From Octopus sinensis (lineage: Eukaryota): DNA of 64,000 nt. Where the stretch lies: assembly GCF_006345805.1 (NCBI RefSeq), contig NC_043004.1, forward strand, positions 96,224,001-96,288,000. The letters run 5' to 3'. Below are positions 49,908 to 64,000 of this stretch, one piece after another. The notes beneath the pieces are model-generated. The model did not search any database. It was not told the origin of the DNA and was given only the letters and a program-made list of their open reading frames with translations. A program made the position numbers and the translations under genes. Positions within the stretch are counted from its first letter, which is position 1, and the number at the start of each line of letters is the position of its first letter.

Positions 49908-50791
49908 TCAGAAGGTTGCTTGCTATGGCCTGTCAGAGAGTAACCAATGGTTTTACACCTATAAAATCCTTAGATTTATAGGTGACTTACCATACTCAAA
50001 TGGCCAGAAGCACATAGCTTCCCTACAACAGGAGGCAAGAAAATATCATGGTCATATCTCCCTTAGAGTGGTATCAGTTATGTTTATGATGGGTCTGCGG
50101 AAGATGTCCTAGCCTGGTAGCATTTCCTTAGTTGGCAAATGGGGAAGTCTATGTTTCCAACAGGAATTTCTTCTCATGAGGACACTGACTAAATCCTTCA
50201 TTTTTAGAGTTTAAGAAGGTCCTTGGGTCAAGTGAGTTTTTCAAGATTTTTGCCCTTTCACATATAAGCAATACAATTTAAGCAAAGCTTATATTGTTTG
50301 CTTCTATTGAGGTATGCTTGGGTTGGATGATTGTAGATATGACATTTTTCCATGCCTGTACTTTTGTGCTGGTGGTGTTACAGCCACTGTTATTAATGCC
50401 ACTGTCACTGCCAATGCTGCTGTCACTGGCAGGTAAATAGCAAGTGATCCCTATGTAACTTTCACATAAGAAATGTAAATAAATTATTTGCCTTTTAGTA
50501 ATCTGTCACCAATAACTCTATTGTATACCAATTGCAATTTAACATAGAACATAAATAGATTTCTAGCAATCTGTTGCTGACATCTTTGTTATTATTGCTT
50601 GGTTTCTTGTCAGTTCTGGCAGAAGTTCAGCAACCCTATGATCAAAGGGTGTTCCAGGTGTGAGCATATATTTTTGTTGTGTATAATGCACCTGGAACCA
50701 TTTTATCCAAAAATATTCTCTTTTTTCTCTAAATTAGTGAGCCGAGGTATATTTGGCTGATATTTCTAGCCAATGGAATGACTGCCTAGTG

Positions 50792-51051
50792 CAGAGGTTC
50801 TCAACGAAGATCCACATGACCCTTGGGAAACAAAATAAGATTTTGCTGTTAAAATTTATCTGCAATAAATTGCTTATGTTTCTACAATGCAGAAAATATT
50901 TTAACAATTTTTTTATACAATTAATTCCTGATAATATTCAGTCGTAAAAAATACAATGGGACTTTTTAAAACAGCGATTGGCTATGGGGGTCCAATAGAG
51001 TAAAATAGATATCAGAAGGGTCCATGGACAAAAAACCGTTGACAACCACTG
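50792..51051. mobile_element. hAT-type MITE, 260 bp
   Basis: TIRs CAGAGGTTCTCAAC / GTTGACAACCACTG; flanks GCCTAGTG and GCCTGAAG look like a decayed 8-bp TSD. Confidence 0.72.
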
Positions 51052-51595
51052 GCCTGAAGACCCTTCTACTGGACTGGTAGGCTAGAAATGAATAATCATA
51101 TTAAGGATAAGAAAGTTCAGACATAATTTATATCCCTGGGGTAAATGAATATAGCAAATACCAAGATCTACTGAGTTATATTTGGTCAAAGTTCGTAATA
51201 ATTCACTGCATGTCTTGTACTTCTTGAGGGAAAGACCGTGCAGTGGTTTGGTATTTTAAGAAGTATAATTTTCAATTTATTACAGTTAAAATTTTATTCA
51301 GGTTTTTCTCTTAAATTTTTTCTTATTCTTTTCACTGCTTTGCTATTTCTGAAGTTCTTTGAGCAATATTTTGAATATATTCCCTCCACATATTTTAAAT
51401 TTAGTTTATCCCTCATCATTTCCATATCAAGCTTTTAGAAGAAGATATAGAATTTTGGATTATTTTTTTTTGTACAATTACTTATCTTCTAATGTTTCTA
51501 AAATATGATACTATTTTTCACTCTTTTGTGAGCAATAATTGTTCTGAAATTACATCAGTTGCATTGAGTAACAGTTCTGTATCTTGCGAATTGAC

Positions 51596-52055
<460 letters not shown>

Positions 52056-52071
52056 GCTTGTGTGTGTGTGT

Positions 52072-52235
52072 AAGGTACGCAGTAAAGCTGAATGGTTGTG
52101 AAGTTTACAACCACATGGCTTTAGTTTACATCCCACTGCATGGTACATTGGGCAAGTTTCTTGTATATCCCTAGACAAACGAAAGCCTTGTGATTGGATT
52201 TAGTAGATGGAAACTGAATGAAGCCCATTGCACAT
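52072..52235 (+). mobile_element. Decayed SINE-A 5' part
   Basis: CCCACTGCATGGTACATTGGGCAAG...GGAAACTGAATGAAGCCC. Confidence 0.65.
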
Positions 52236-52253
52236 ACACACATACATATACAT

Positions 52254-52284
<31 letters not shown>

Positions 52285-53342
52285 CACACATACATATACA
52301 CACATACATATGTATATATACATATATATATGTGTGTGTGTATAAATGTGTCTGTATGTGGTGTGTGTATATGTAAATGGATGCAAGTGTGTGTTTGTGT
52401 CTTCTTGTCTTGATATTGCATAATAGCTGTAAATGAGAGTTTTCAGTCTGATCGCACGTGTCTCGATGTGTGCTGGAGAATTTCTATTTTGGATATATTT
52501 GGGGTACTTAGGTGTGCTCATGACTTAGTATTTGCTTCTTCTATGGGTAAGTATTTCATTTATTCTTATGAATTAACTCTGAAATTGGGACCGATACGAT
52601 GATAACAGAATTTTTTAGAAATTTCTGTCGGCTTGCTTTGAAACACATACTTATAGTGATGAATTATATGGTTATTGACGATTTGTCTATTTTCAGCATA
52701 TCTGGCATTAGAATTTTTTTCTTGTGCCCTTGTTTATAAGTTGTTTATAAATTTAACCTTTAAAGGTATTTTTTTAATATGCTGGCCATTGATAGAATTT
52801 TTTTCGAAAAATTTTATCCTATATTAGATGTATTATATAGATAGATAGATAGATACCCACATAGGAGCAGGAGTGGTTGTGCAGAAAGTAGCTTATGGTT
52901 TCATATGTTTTATATACTATTCCACTACCATAAAATATCTCCCAGACAGCAAGTCTGGGAGATATCTTATGGTAGTAGAATAGTATTTTAACTGCTATTT
53001 CTAAATTTCGGTATGTGGCGAAGCCATTTTTGCTGAACCCTAATTATAATTATGCTCATAATTATAGAATTTTTGTATAAGTTTACTGATAATGGTCCTT
53101 TTAACATACTGAACTACTTGGTAAAATTATTAATTATTAATTGATTAATTAATTTTACCCTTTATTATATACATATATATATATTTAAGTAGGTGAATGA
53201 ATTATCCAATGTTTATTGTCAGCATGGAAAATTCATTTAACTGAAACCTGGGTAGTAAATTCACGTCAGAAAACACGGTTGAAGCGACCTGTCAAGGGTA
53301 GAAACTCCGGGTTCATGTGTAGAAATTTGTGTGTTGTATATG

Positions 53343-53683
53343 AATAAATGAAAGAATGGAGTTGAACGAAGATGTTAACGAAATTCTTTTACTCTTGACA
53401 CATGTTTCGAAGACAGCATATTTTCATTCTGAAGGAATAAAGGGTGCATTATGCAATCTTCTCATCAGGAAAGAAAAGGAGCCTCTCTCGACAACATGAT
53501 GAACAAAAAATTTTGATGATTGCCTACATGGTAACAAAGCGATAAGAGTGAGGCTCCTTTCTTTCCTGATGGAAGATTGCATAATGCACTCTTTATTCCT
53601 TCGGAATGAAAATATGCTGTCTTCGAAACATGTGTCGAGAGTAAAGGAATTTTGTTAACATCTTCGTTCGACTCATTCTTTCA

Positions 53684-53690
<7 letters not shown>
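53343..53690. mobile_element. Foldback element, ~145-bp arms, HHR in each arm
   Basis: Arms 53343-53489 and 53546-53690. Confidence 0.88.
53386..53479 (-). ncRNA. Type I hammerhead with intact CUGAUGA core and GUC site; plus-strand mirror 53556-53647 lacks A9
   Basis: Minus strand CTTTC-CTGATGA-GAAGAT...GTCTTC-GAAA-CATGTG-T-C; stem I fully paired in the plus copy (CCTTTCTTTC/GAGAGTAAAGG). Confidence 0.8.
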
Positions 53691-53714
<24 letters not shown>

Positions 53715-53715
<1 letters not shown>

Positions 53716-54050
53716 CTTTTTTACTTGTTTCAGTTATTTGACTGCAGTCATGGTGGGGTTCCACCCGGAAGAGTTTCAGTCGAATGAATTGATCCCAGTA
53801 CATTTTTTTAAAGCCTGGTACTTATTCTATAGATGTCTTTTGCAGAAACGATAAGTCAAAGGGATATAAACACACCAACATCAGTTGTAGTGAAGGGTCA
53901 AACACAAACACAGACACACACAAACACACGAAAAACTTCTTTCACTCACAAGGTTTGGTCAGCCCAAGGTTATAGTAGAAGACGCTTGCCCAAAGGGCCA
54001 TGTTGTGAGATTGAACTTCAAACAATATGGTTGGAAAGCAAGCTTATATT
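53715..54050 (-). mobile_element. Decayed SINE-A
   Basis: Tail, body and head remnants. Confidence 0.65.
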
Positions 54051-54429
54051 TAGATATACTGGCATATCTATCTATCTGTCTATCTGTCTGTCTGTTTGTC
54101 TATCTATTTATCTGCACACACACACACGTTTAAATATAAAAGCAAATATATATATTATTGACACATCTATTTATTCATACTAGCATGGGTTAGATGAATA
54201 CCTTATTTAGGTATTACATTGCAGTTAGATGGCCTCCCTGCTGGTAATGTTTACTTGCTTTCCAAGTTAGAGATCTCTTATTCAACATGTCTTTAAAAGT
54301 AAAAAGCTAGTGTATGGTTTATTGACAAGAGAAAGGACAACATCACAGCTTGTAACACACATATTTTTGGAGAAGCGCAAATATAAACAAACACAGAGAG
54401 GTACTTGTATATTTGTTCACAAAAATGCA

Positions 54430-54619
54430 CACACACACACACACGCACATACACTGACACACACACACAACTCAAACACACACTCACACAAACATTCATG
54501 CAAACACACTGACACACACTCACACACAGATATCCACACACACACACATAAATGCAGACAGACAGACAGACTGATAGATAGATTGATAGATAGATAGATA
54601 AATAGATAGATAGATAAAT

Positions 54620-54664
<45 letters not shown>

Positions 54665-54671
54665 GATAAAT

Positions 54672-54723
<52 letters not shown>

Positions 54724-54725
54724 GA

Positions 54726-54806
<81 letters not shown>

Positions 54807-54812
54807 CAGACA
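54430..54812. repeat. (CA)n and (GATA)n microsatellite
   Basis: Direct inspection. Confidence 0.92.
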
Positions 54813-54814
54813 AA

Positions 54815-55744
54815 CAATACATCTTAGCCTATAAACGATGGAATGTTTTCATGAATCCAATGTTGTGTCTATTTGAAGCTGTGGGATGGTTCTGAGTCCT
54901 TTTGAAGGCTCTTGAAAGTGCTTATTTGCCCATGGAAGCAGTTCATCTACCAGAATGCTGCTAATGTGTCACTGGATGTTAATTTTCACAATTAAAGACA
55001 CAAGAATGAGGCAAGACCTTCCAGTGGCTGTCACAGTTGTCCAAACCATAACTGACTGTGGATGGTGACATCAATTTACGAGTCTAATCTCAGCGGAGTC
55101 CGATACACACCAAAGTTGGTCATTCTGGCGGTTTACTGTTTGTTCGATATCAAATTTCTTTCCATCGATAAACACCAGGTTGGGCAGCATGCCTTCAGCA
55201 ATCTGATGCAATTGAAACGACTCCTTTCCAGTCTCATGGTTTTATAAACTTGCATGAGGTCAACACAGCAGATCATTTTGTAGGGGTGGGTCCTGAGGTC
55301 CTCCTCCAGCATTCAATACATTAATATGTTTGCTTTATTTTTGCTGTAGTAGCCAGTTTTCTAATGGAACAAGGATTTCACCATATCTTTTCTCTAGTAC
55401 ATTTGATAAGCTGAGGGGTCCACACAGTTCTTTGTCAGCCACGTTCAGGTCAATCAATGGTGAACCCAGTCTCCTGAAATTTCTTGACAATTTTCTAGAT
55501 GGTTGTTCGGTTAATTTTAAGCTTTTTTGCTATGGCTGTATTACTTTAACCTCCTTTCTGGAGGATTATGGTTGTATTTCAATCTATAGCCATTATCTAA
55601 TTTATAAATCTGAATTTATCTAGTCTGAAACGAATTGAAGACACACTAAGCTTTGATAATGATGTATAATTTTCATATCTTACCTCATTTATTAATAGTC
55701 ATTAAAGTCTGAAACTTAGTTTGTCTTGATTTCAGGACACCCTG
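54815..55744 (-). mobile_element. maT (DD37D-like) relic, family 3
   Basis: TA-CAGGGTGTCCTG TIR near 55744; KLKINRTTI..VKKFQETG, EEDLRTHPYK, VFIDGKKFDIEQ..NRQND, HPQSVMVW, QKDSEPSH; 3' end lost. Confidence 0.82.
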
Positions 55745-55764
55745 TATATATACATTCATACGTA

Positions 55765-55932
55765 CATTTGATAGGCTTTCACACAGTTTCCATCTATCAA
55801 ATTTACTCACAAGACATTGGTCAGCTCAGGGCTGTAGCAAAAGATACTTGCCCAAGTTGCAGTGCAGTGGGACTGAACTCAAAGCCATATGCAAAGCAAA
55901 TTTCTCAACCATGCTGCAATGCCTGCACCTAT
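55765..55932 (-). mobile_element. Decayed SINE-A 5' part
   Basis: ACTTGCCCAAG...CAGTGGGACTGAAC. Confidence 0.65.
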
Positions 55933-57906
55933 ACATTTCTAGTTCAACTCCCACCTTATTCATCATTATCTTTCATTCCCTGTAGCAGTGGTATAATAAT
56001 CTCTCTTCAAGTTATAGCCTTAATTTAATCACTTGCACCCTCTCTCCTATAAATTTATGGCTGATACCTAAATTAGAAATAATTTTATTATTATTAAATT
56101 GCAAACGCATTGTAGAAGAGCCATATTTAATAACACACAGAGCTGTTAATTTCACTTTAAATTTATTTTCATTTCATGAGGTGTTGAAATTTTCATCAAT
56201 CGACTACGACTTGGAACACTGACACACTTCCTCAGCAACTTTTGTTTTACTTGCAACACACAGTCTCAAATTAAGTACAACTGCAAAATATTTATTAAAT
56301 TGTTAGAAACTTTTTGTCTGACAAATTCAAAGTGGTTATGATTTAAACTCGCAACTATTTCAGTTAAATAGAAAACTTGTCAGTAACACTATTTAATCAT
56401 AATTTTTTTTTTTTGAAATCCGTTTTTATTATCAATCAATGTTTTATTTATTTATTTTGCAAATATATCTTTGTTTTTCTCACTTCCTCCTAATTCTAAT
56501 ACCATTTTCCCTTAACAACTACAAAAGCCTCAGATATTGATTAATTGCTGCATTAAGTGCACTTCATTAATTGGTGTTGTGTCAAGGGTATTGCCAGCAT
56601 TGAGCTCCCTCCTTGCTTTTTTTCCTCCCCTCAACGTAGATTGAAATGTATTCTCTCATGTTTAGCGGGGTGTCTACTATCAGGCTGCTAATATACGGCA
56701 ACACCTTTACTACCACCCATAGCTTCAATTGGCATTTCTTTTTGAAATATTGTAAAGCCCCACCCAACCACCTTCCACGTGTCTTTCTCACTCCTTTTCC
56801 TTTAAAGAGGGGATTATCTGGAAAGCCAGCAAAGATGCTGTGTTATTCCAGCAGCACCAATAAAACATTTTCATTTCCCAAAAGGATAAAAAGTTTCTCA
56901 GTAGAGACATTTCTTTCACTGTTTTTATTTTTTATTTCTTGTTGTCTTGTTGTTTCTCCCCCTCTCTCTCACTCTCACTCACTCACTCACTCTCTCTCTC
57001 TCTCTCTCTCTCTCTCGCACACACATACACACACACATACACATGCCCACGTTTGATTTGATTTAAAGGCTCTTTGAAAGGTTCAGTGACAAGTGAAGGG
57101 ATTTCTGTTGAAAGAGACTCACAAGGGAGCAATTAATCTGGAGGGCTTAACTGTCTAGATGATTATCCATGACAGCTTGACTGTCAGCAGGGTAGGGGTG
57201 GGTGGGAGGTTAGCAGATTGCTTTTACCATGACCAGCTAACTGTCCAAAATCTAATTGAAATAACTTGTTGTTGCATTCTTCTATCTTCCTACTGGATCT
57301 TGGGAGATATTTGCTTGATATCCTTGGGATGATATATAGCTTATATCTTTGATAATATTCACCCCATTGTGAACGGTTCCAGGAAAAAAAAAATCAAAAC
57401 AAATGAAAGCAATAAAATTTCTTGGAGATAAAAATAATCATAAAAAAACAGTAATATCTCGGAATTTCTTAATCCAAATAAGAGGTTTGTTTGAAGCACC
57501 AGACCCCTAATCTCTTTACCAAAGCTGCTGACTTGGAAAATGAAACTTTGTATTGCTAATATTTTATACATTCAAGATTGTGTCACGGAAGAGTTATAAA
57601 AAGTTTGTCCACAGTTGGCATTGATTTGATTATGCTAGATCCCTCCCAATACGGTTATGATCACTTTGCTTTGTTTCTCAATAATCTTATTTAGACTTGA
57701 TTTCTTTTCATGCTGTACAAAGAGAATGTCACTTCTTTGCTTTGTCAATTTCTTTAAAATCATGAGCTGACTTTATAATTGTTTCAATACTCACATAAGT
57801 GAGCTATTTCTGGTCAATTACTTAAATAATAATAATACTCTTGATTCTGTGGAGCAGATGTTCTATCTTCTTTCTTTTATTCTTAGTTATTGCTACACAC
57901 ACAACA

Positions 57907-57948
<42 letters not shown>

Positions 57949-58334
57949 ACACACCTGTGTGTGGATGTGGGTATGCATATGTGTTTGTATATAAATGTGT
58001 CTATATATACATATATACACACACACACAGATATATATATATACACACAAGTATGTGTATGTGAGTTTGTGTGTGTGTGTGTGTGTGTGTGTGAGTGAGG
58101 GAACATATGAAAGAAATGGGTATTCAAAACATTTACTAGGAATTGCATGTATTATTTAGAACAGTTTGATACGGTACCACGAGACTTAGTTTCACAGGCC
58201 TTGAGCATTCTTGCTATAATCATATATATATATATATGTACGCACACACACCCACACACGCCCACACACTCACATACACATATATACACATACATACACA
58301 CTTACACACATATATATACAAACATATGTACATG

Positions 58335-58369
<35 letters not shown>

Positions 58370-58627
58370 GTGCATAAACTTACTTGGAAATGAATGCATG
58401 ACATTCGATTAAATAGTAATATAAATAGTATATATATATATATGCATATATATAATATATATATATATGTATATATATATATCATCATCATCATCATCAT
58501 CATCATCGTATATATATATGTATATATATACATACATATACACATATATTTATATTCATATATATATGCATATATATATATAAATATATATATACGCATA
58601 TATATATAAATATATATATACACATAT

Positions 58628-58795
58628 ATCGGCCTTTATCTTTCCCTTGGATAACACTGGTGGCATAGAAAGGTGAGGCCAGTATGTATGGGCGACTGCT
58701 GGTCTTCCATAAACAACCTTGCCTGGACTTGTGCCTGAGAGGGTAACTTTCTAGGTGCAATCCCATGGTCGGTCATGATCAAAGGGGGTCTCAGC
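58628..58795 (+). mobile_element. Retroposon tail shared with 36022-36200
   Basis: TTCCCTTGG...CTGCTGGT...AACCTT.CCTGGACTTGTG...TCCCATGGT. Confidence 0.65.
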
Positions 58796-58826
58796 ACATA
58801 TATATATATGCCTATATGGATATAGG

Positions 58827-59285
58827 ACGTCTTCATCAGTAAACAACATGAAATATGAAAAGAAATGAGTTCAATACACAACTAAGGAGAAAAAAAAAAG
58901 GACAAGCAATACAAAGAATGACCCTGCATCAGTTGTTGGCTGTTTATCTACTCCCCATTTTGAGTAATCAATAACAATATAAGGCTTTGAAGACAGTTGC
59001 TCCCGTAGATAAAATTTTGGATTTATGGAGGGTCAAAGTTAGGAACAAAAACAGGACTGTGGAGACATACAGGAAAACTGAACGGAAACAAATCCAAAAT
59101 TTTATCTACAGGAACAACTCTCTTTATAGACTTATATTGTTGTTGAATGCTCAAAATGGGGAATAGATAAACAGCCGACAACTGCTGAAAGATCGTTCTT
59201 TGTATTACTTGTCCTTTTTTTTCTCTTGTTATTTGTGTATTGAACTCATTGTTTTCATATTCATGTTGTTTACTGTTGGTGACGT
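58827..59285. mobile_element. Foldback element, ~198-bp arms, ending in a truncated CTGATGA motif
   Basis: Arms 58827-59024 and 59090-59285. Confidence 0.85.
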
Positions 59286-59379
59286 GCTGTACACACACAC
59301 ACACACACACACACAGATATATATATATATAATATATATATATATATTATATATATATATTATATATATATATATATAT

Positions 59380-59421
<42 letters not shown>

Positions 59422-59431
59422 TAATATATAT

Positions 59432-59463
<32 letters not shown>

Positions 59464-59579
59464 ATAATTATAATTAAGGGTTAAATGCAACCCTTACCAA
59501 ATATGGTCTTTTCCATACCGACAAATCTACTAGGTGAAATTGATTAATTTTATTAAATTAATTATATTCCACCCTTTAT

Positions 59580-59633
<54 letters not shown>

Positions 59634-60643
59634 TATTTTGTTTTGCTTTGCATCCAAGATGTATGCTAGAATAGATGAGGTGAGTTTCACAAATTTTGGA
59701 CATGTACGTACTATCATCATTATTTTAATTTTACTTCCAGATGTATTGCTTACAGCTAACAAGTCATCTGTGGAACAAGTAGTGGACATTAACCTTTGTT
59801 GTCAAATAGACAGAAGAGATCAAGCAAGCTCTCTTGTATGTCCAGAGATACAACACAATAATTGTAGTGGGCTTTTGAAATCATTGTCCTTAGCTCTTGT
59901 CAAATTCTAAAGGCACTTATGGCTTAAATTGAAAGGAATGAAATTAACATATGCTTTGTGCTATTATTTGAAGACTCCTAACATGGATTACAAATATGAT
60001 TATAAAAAGAAGAGTGGGACGATAATTCTATGTACAGTCGTTGCTGGGTAACTGTGGTCAATGCTTCTCCAGCAAAACTTTTATGACACAATCATTCATT
60101 CAATGAAGCAGTTAATTGGTGCTTCTGGTTAGATACAGCTGTCTTCATTTTGATAATGCTTTCCTCAGATTTAGAACAAAGTCACCGTTGCAGTGTTGGC
60201 CTTTTTGAAAAAAGATGTATGTGGCTGTTGAGCTTTTGAGTTATTACATAGAAGCATATTTATGACACACACACACGTGCACACACACACATATACATAC
60301 ATACTCACGCACACATGAAACGATCGTAGTGTTTTACTCTTTATCTTTTATTAAACTTTTAATACTTTTGATATATGATTTTGATTTTGATTTTGATTTT
60401 TCCAGTTTCAGCTAATGAGCTGTGGCCATGCTGGGGCACCTTAAAATAATATAAATTAATTAATTTTATGTATTGGCTTATGTTTTTCATTGTTTGATTT
60501 GCCTAATAGTGGTTTTATCTCTAATTTAATATAATATAATATAATATAATATAATATATTTATACTATGAAATTGGATTTAATCCTAAATCTGATTTTTC
60601 TCTGTAAGTTTGGATTTATTCCCTAATATTTATTATATATATA

Positions 60644-60682
<39 letters not shown>

Positions 60683-60687
<5 letters not shown>

Positions 60688-60825
60688 CAATTCGAGACAA
60701 AACCACTATTTTGCAAAACAAACAAGGAAGTGGCGGTTTATTTACTTTATATTAAAATTTTATGTATTGATTAAGTCTTTCCTTGTTTGTTTTGCAAAAT
60801 AGTGGTTTTGTCTTGAATCAATATT
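60683..60825. repeat. Foldback with ~45-bp arms in (TA)n; flanking ~60-bp direct repeats at 60560-60635 and 60835-60905
   Basis: AAAACCACTATTTTGCAAAACAAACAAGG / CCTTGTTTGTTTTGCAAAATAGTGGTTTT. Confidence 0.8.
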
Positions 60826-60984
60826 ATATAATATTTTACTATAAAATTGGATTTAATCCTAAATCTGATTTTTTCCCTGTAAATTTGGATTTATTCCCTA
60901 ATATTTATTATTATATATATATATAACGGGAAGGTTTACGAAAATAAACAAAAGACGAAGTCAGGTGGAGTACAAACAATAATT

Positions 60985-62107
60985 GTAGTTTTTTTATACT
61001 TCTTTTATTTTTCAAAATTAAGATAAACAAAGTTCTTTTTTAATTTAGAATATACTCTCTCTCATTTTCTACAATGCTCTTCCATCTATCTGGTAGACTT
61101 GCAAGGCCTCTCTTCCAAAATTCACTTGTCTGTGACGAAAAATGCTCCTTCAGTACTGTTCTGACTGCGTCTACAGAATTCATATTCTTTCTGTTCAAAT
61201 CATTTTGAAGACTGCAGAATAAATAATTATCAGATGGGGCAATATCCAGCAAATATGGTGGGTGGGACATCATTTTCCCATTCAAACTGCTCCAGCCTTT
61301 AGAATGCCATCCTTGCTGTATGTGGCTGAGCATAATCCTGATGGAAGAACACCTTTCACCTTGAAATATGGTTGTTTTTCTTCTAGTGCTGACTTAAGCT
61401 ACTGACACTAGATCTCCTTTGTCATTGTTTAGTTTCAGTTTAAAAGTTCAAAGGGGACTAAAGCTTTCATATCCACCAAACAGATAACAACACCTGGGTT
61501 GTTTCTCTTTTCCCTATCTACCATCTTTGACCCTTGACATTTTTATAGAGAACCTATTTCTCATCACCAGTCACAATCCAGTCCAAGAATGGTTCATTCA
61601 TGAGACTCCCTGTGCATGATTAAACTAGGAAAGTTTGTGAGGAACTCATTGACCCAATTTGCTGACTTTTCTGATGCCATGCAATTGTTGATGGATGACT
61701 GAATGATGAAATCCAAGCTTCTCTGCAAGTTCCTCAACAGTTACGATGGAATTTTGTTCCACTAGAGTTTACAGGACATCCTCGTAAAGCTCTACAAATC
61801 TTCTTATGCTTATTATCTGTTCCCCACATACTGCATTAATATTCCTCACATTTTTCCGTGTGTTGTTGCCTTTATTGAATTCATAAAGCAAAATATGCCG
61901 AATATGCTCCTTTGTCACTTCCATTTTAGCTTTGAAAAAATAATTGTTAAAATTGAACTGCACTCTTCAAAACTTGCACTAAGAATAAGTACAAGGTAAA
62001 ATTACTACCTGCTTTTATAGCAAGTTGATGCAGGTAGTTTACCCTGTCCCTCTCTGACTTTTAGTTCCTGCAATTGAAAAAAATAAATTATCTATGGGAT
62101 GACCCAA
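60985..62107 (-). mobile_element. mariner transposon copy 2 (same family as 29235, deleted)
   Basis: TIR GGGATGACCCAA; MEVTKEHIRHILLYEFNKG; HPPYLLDIAPSDNYLF (YSPDLAPSD motif). Confidence 0.9.
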
Positions 62108-62129
62108 TGTGTGTGTGTATGTATATATA

Positions 62130-62343
62130 CAAAATAAGAAAATGGAGAAATACACCTTAATCAATAATCAACTACCAGATAATACCCATTCACATAATTT
62201 ATTAACCAACTACGTATGAACATCAAGGTCACTATTATGTTTGACCTTGATGTTCATATGTAGTTGGTTAATAAATTATGTGAATGGGTATTATCTGGTA
62301 GTTGATTATTGATTAAGGAGTGTTTCTCCATTTCCTTATTTTG
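62130..62343. repeat. Near-perfect hairpin, ~102-bp arms, 10-nt loop
   Basis: Centre GGTCA-CTATTATGTT-TGACC. Confidence 0.92.
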
Positions 62344-62544
62344 TGTTATGAATTTGTGGTAAAACATTTTACCTTCGCCCATATAATACAATAAATGAAT
62401 TAATTGCATCGCAATTCTTAACATTTATGTATTAACTTTGTTGGGTGCTTTACTGGCAGTATATTGGATATATGTTATCCCATGGTGGGTTGCACTCACA
62501 ACCCCTATCTCAATTTGTAATTTATATATATATATATATACTTT

Positions 62545-62970
62545 GAGTATGGTAGATGAGTTCAACATAAATTTAGATTCAGATGAATATGGTACTTAAG
62601 TTGAGGCACCAGAATTTAGTATGGTATTATCCATACAATTTCAAAGTAAGGTGATTAAAATCAAAATAAGCAACAAGGATATCCAGAGATAATGCAGTAC
62701 GATCGTTTCATGCAACTCTATTTAATTGAACAATGCAATCATGAGGCAGCATGTTCTTTGTCTATCTCCTTAACTTCTTGGATATTTTAGGTATAATTAT
62801 ACTAAGGTGTCCATCTGTTATAATTTAATTAAATTCTGTGTCTTTGTGCAGCTGAAGATTGCACTGCATTTTAAACTGATGTAATGATTGCATTGTTCAA
62901 TTAAATGGAGTTGCATGAAACGATCATACTGCATTACTTCTGGATAGCTTTGTTGCTTATTTTGATATAT
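62545..62970. mobile_element. Asymmetric foldback element carrying an HHR
   Basis: 62660-62741 is the inverted copy of 62885-62966. Confidence 0.8.
62846..62934 (+). ncRNA. Type I hammerhead with ~43-nt stem II insertion
   Basis: GTGCAG/CTGCAT, CTGAAGA 62852-62858, U.U + TGCA/TGCA, GAAA 62917-62920, ACGATCAT (ACGATCGT in the left arm), site at 62928. Confidence 0.75.
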
Positions 62971-63319
62971 ATTATATATATATATATATAATATAAAATA
63001 AATAAATATAAGAGAGTGGTCACTATATGGCTCACTCTAGCACCAGTTAATCCAAAAGGTTTCAACCACAAAAATACATGTTTCCCATGAAAGTCAGTAC
63101 GATTGTTAGCTCACACGGACAGGGCAAATAAATACATACATACAGATGCTCATCTGGATTCCTATAGTAGTCGCTCTTTACCTCACAGACTTAGTCTTTG
63201 ATAAACATTTTAGAGTGTAAGTTCAAATCATTTGTTTACTAATATATGTTTTCTATGCTGAGCACCTCTTGATCTCCCTTATATGTATATATGAATACAT
63301 GAACACACGCACACAGATT

Positions 63320-63356
<37 letters not shown>

Positions 63357-64000
63357 GTATGTGTGTGTGTGTTAAACATTAATATACTTTCTTGAGAAAC
63401 TTGTAAGTGTAATCAAATGAATGCATGAAAAAAAACTACTTGTTTGAGAAACTAAACATCAGCATGTCCACTGATCAATTGAACTGTAGATAACAAAAAG
63501 GTCCTCCCTAGATAAAGGACCTTGTGAATTTCAAAGCTCATTTTATAAGCATCACCTATTTAAACTTTTAAAGTTTACATGACACATTTTGAACAATCAT
63601 CTAATGTACACAAATATACTGACAAAATATAAGATACATACAAAACTAAAACCTTCATGCACAAAAATTCCTTATAAGCAACATCTAGAAACCATACAAT
63701 AAAACTAATGTCTGGAAACATAATGTCATGAACTGAAGCAAAGGTGCTAGTCACCCTCCTAAAGATAGAAAGTATCTTGCTTTGTGCAACTTTATGTTTT
63801 AGAGGTTTAAATGCTGTTATAGCAACCTGCTAAATATGAAATAGATATTGTAAATAAGTTTATTCTCAAAGCCACCTACTCATATAACAGAAGAGCTGCA
63901 AGGGTTGAACCTATGGGGTTGTGGTGTAATTGTAATCAACAGGTTCCACAACATCAAGTATAAAGCAGCCTGCAAGTTCACTCAATTCATTATCATGAAC

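Noticed and set aside
56640-57260. Repeat-poor unique stretches as conserved regulatory elements
   Set aside because: Conservation cannot be assessed from one sequence; only short generic motifs are present.

Overview
AT-rich, microsatellite-saturated animal non-coding DNA, most likely an octopus genome (inferred from the tRNA-derived SINE families and simple-repeat load; not confirmed by search). I can support no host protein-coding exon; nearly all listed ORFs are microsatellite or SINE artefacts. The window is a transposon graveyard. DNA transposons: two Tc1-like DD36E copies, two mariner copies, three maT-like relics, a pogo-like relic, MITEs and non-autonomous Helitrons. Retroelements: CR1- and RTE-like LINE fragments, a probable solo LTR, and about six SINE or SINE-like families that swap heads and tails. 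Main result: at least eight sequence-distinct small elements carry type I hammerhead ribozyme (HHR) folds. They have CUGANGA/GAAA cores, mostly palindromic stem III, several 41-56 nt stem II insertions and two recurrent core variants. Most are foldback (inverted-repeat) units with the ribozyme pointing outward. This architecture matches Penelope-like element (PLE) pseudo-LTRs, but no PLE ORF is visible. One unit (4665-5330) joins a Pol III tRNA-like head to an HHR tail and is a candidate PLE-mobilised SINE. The two otherwise ~86%-identical Tc1 copies share a 245-bp near-identical tract, suggesting gene conversion. All alignments and folds were done by eye.
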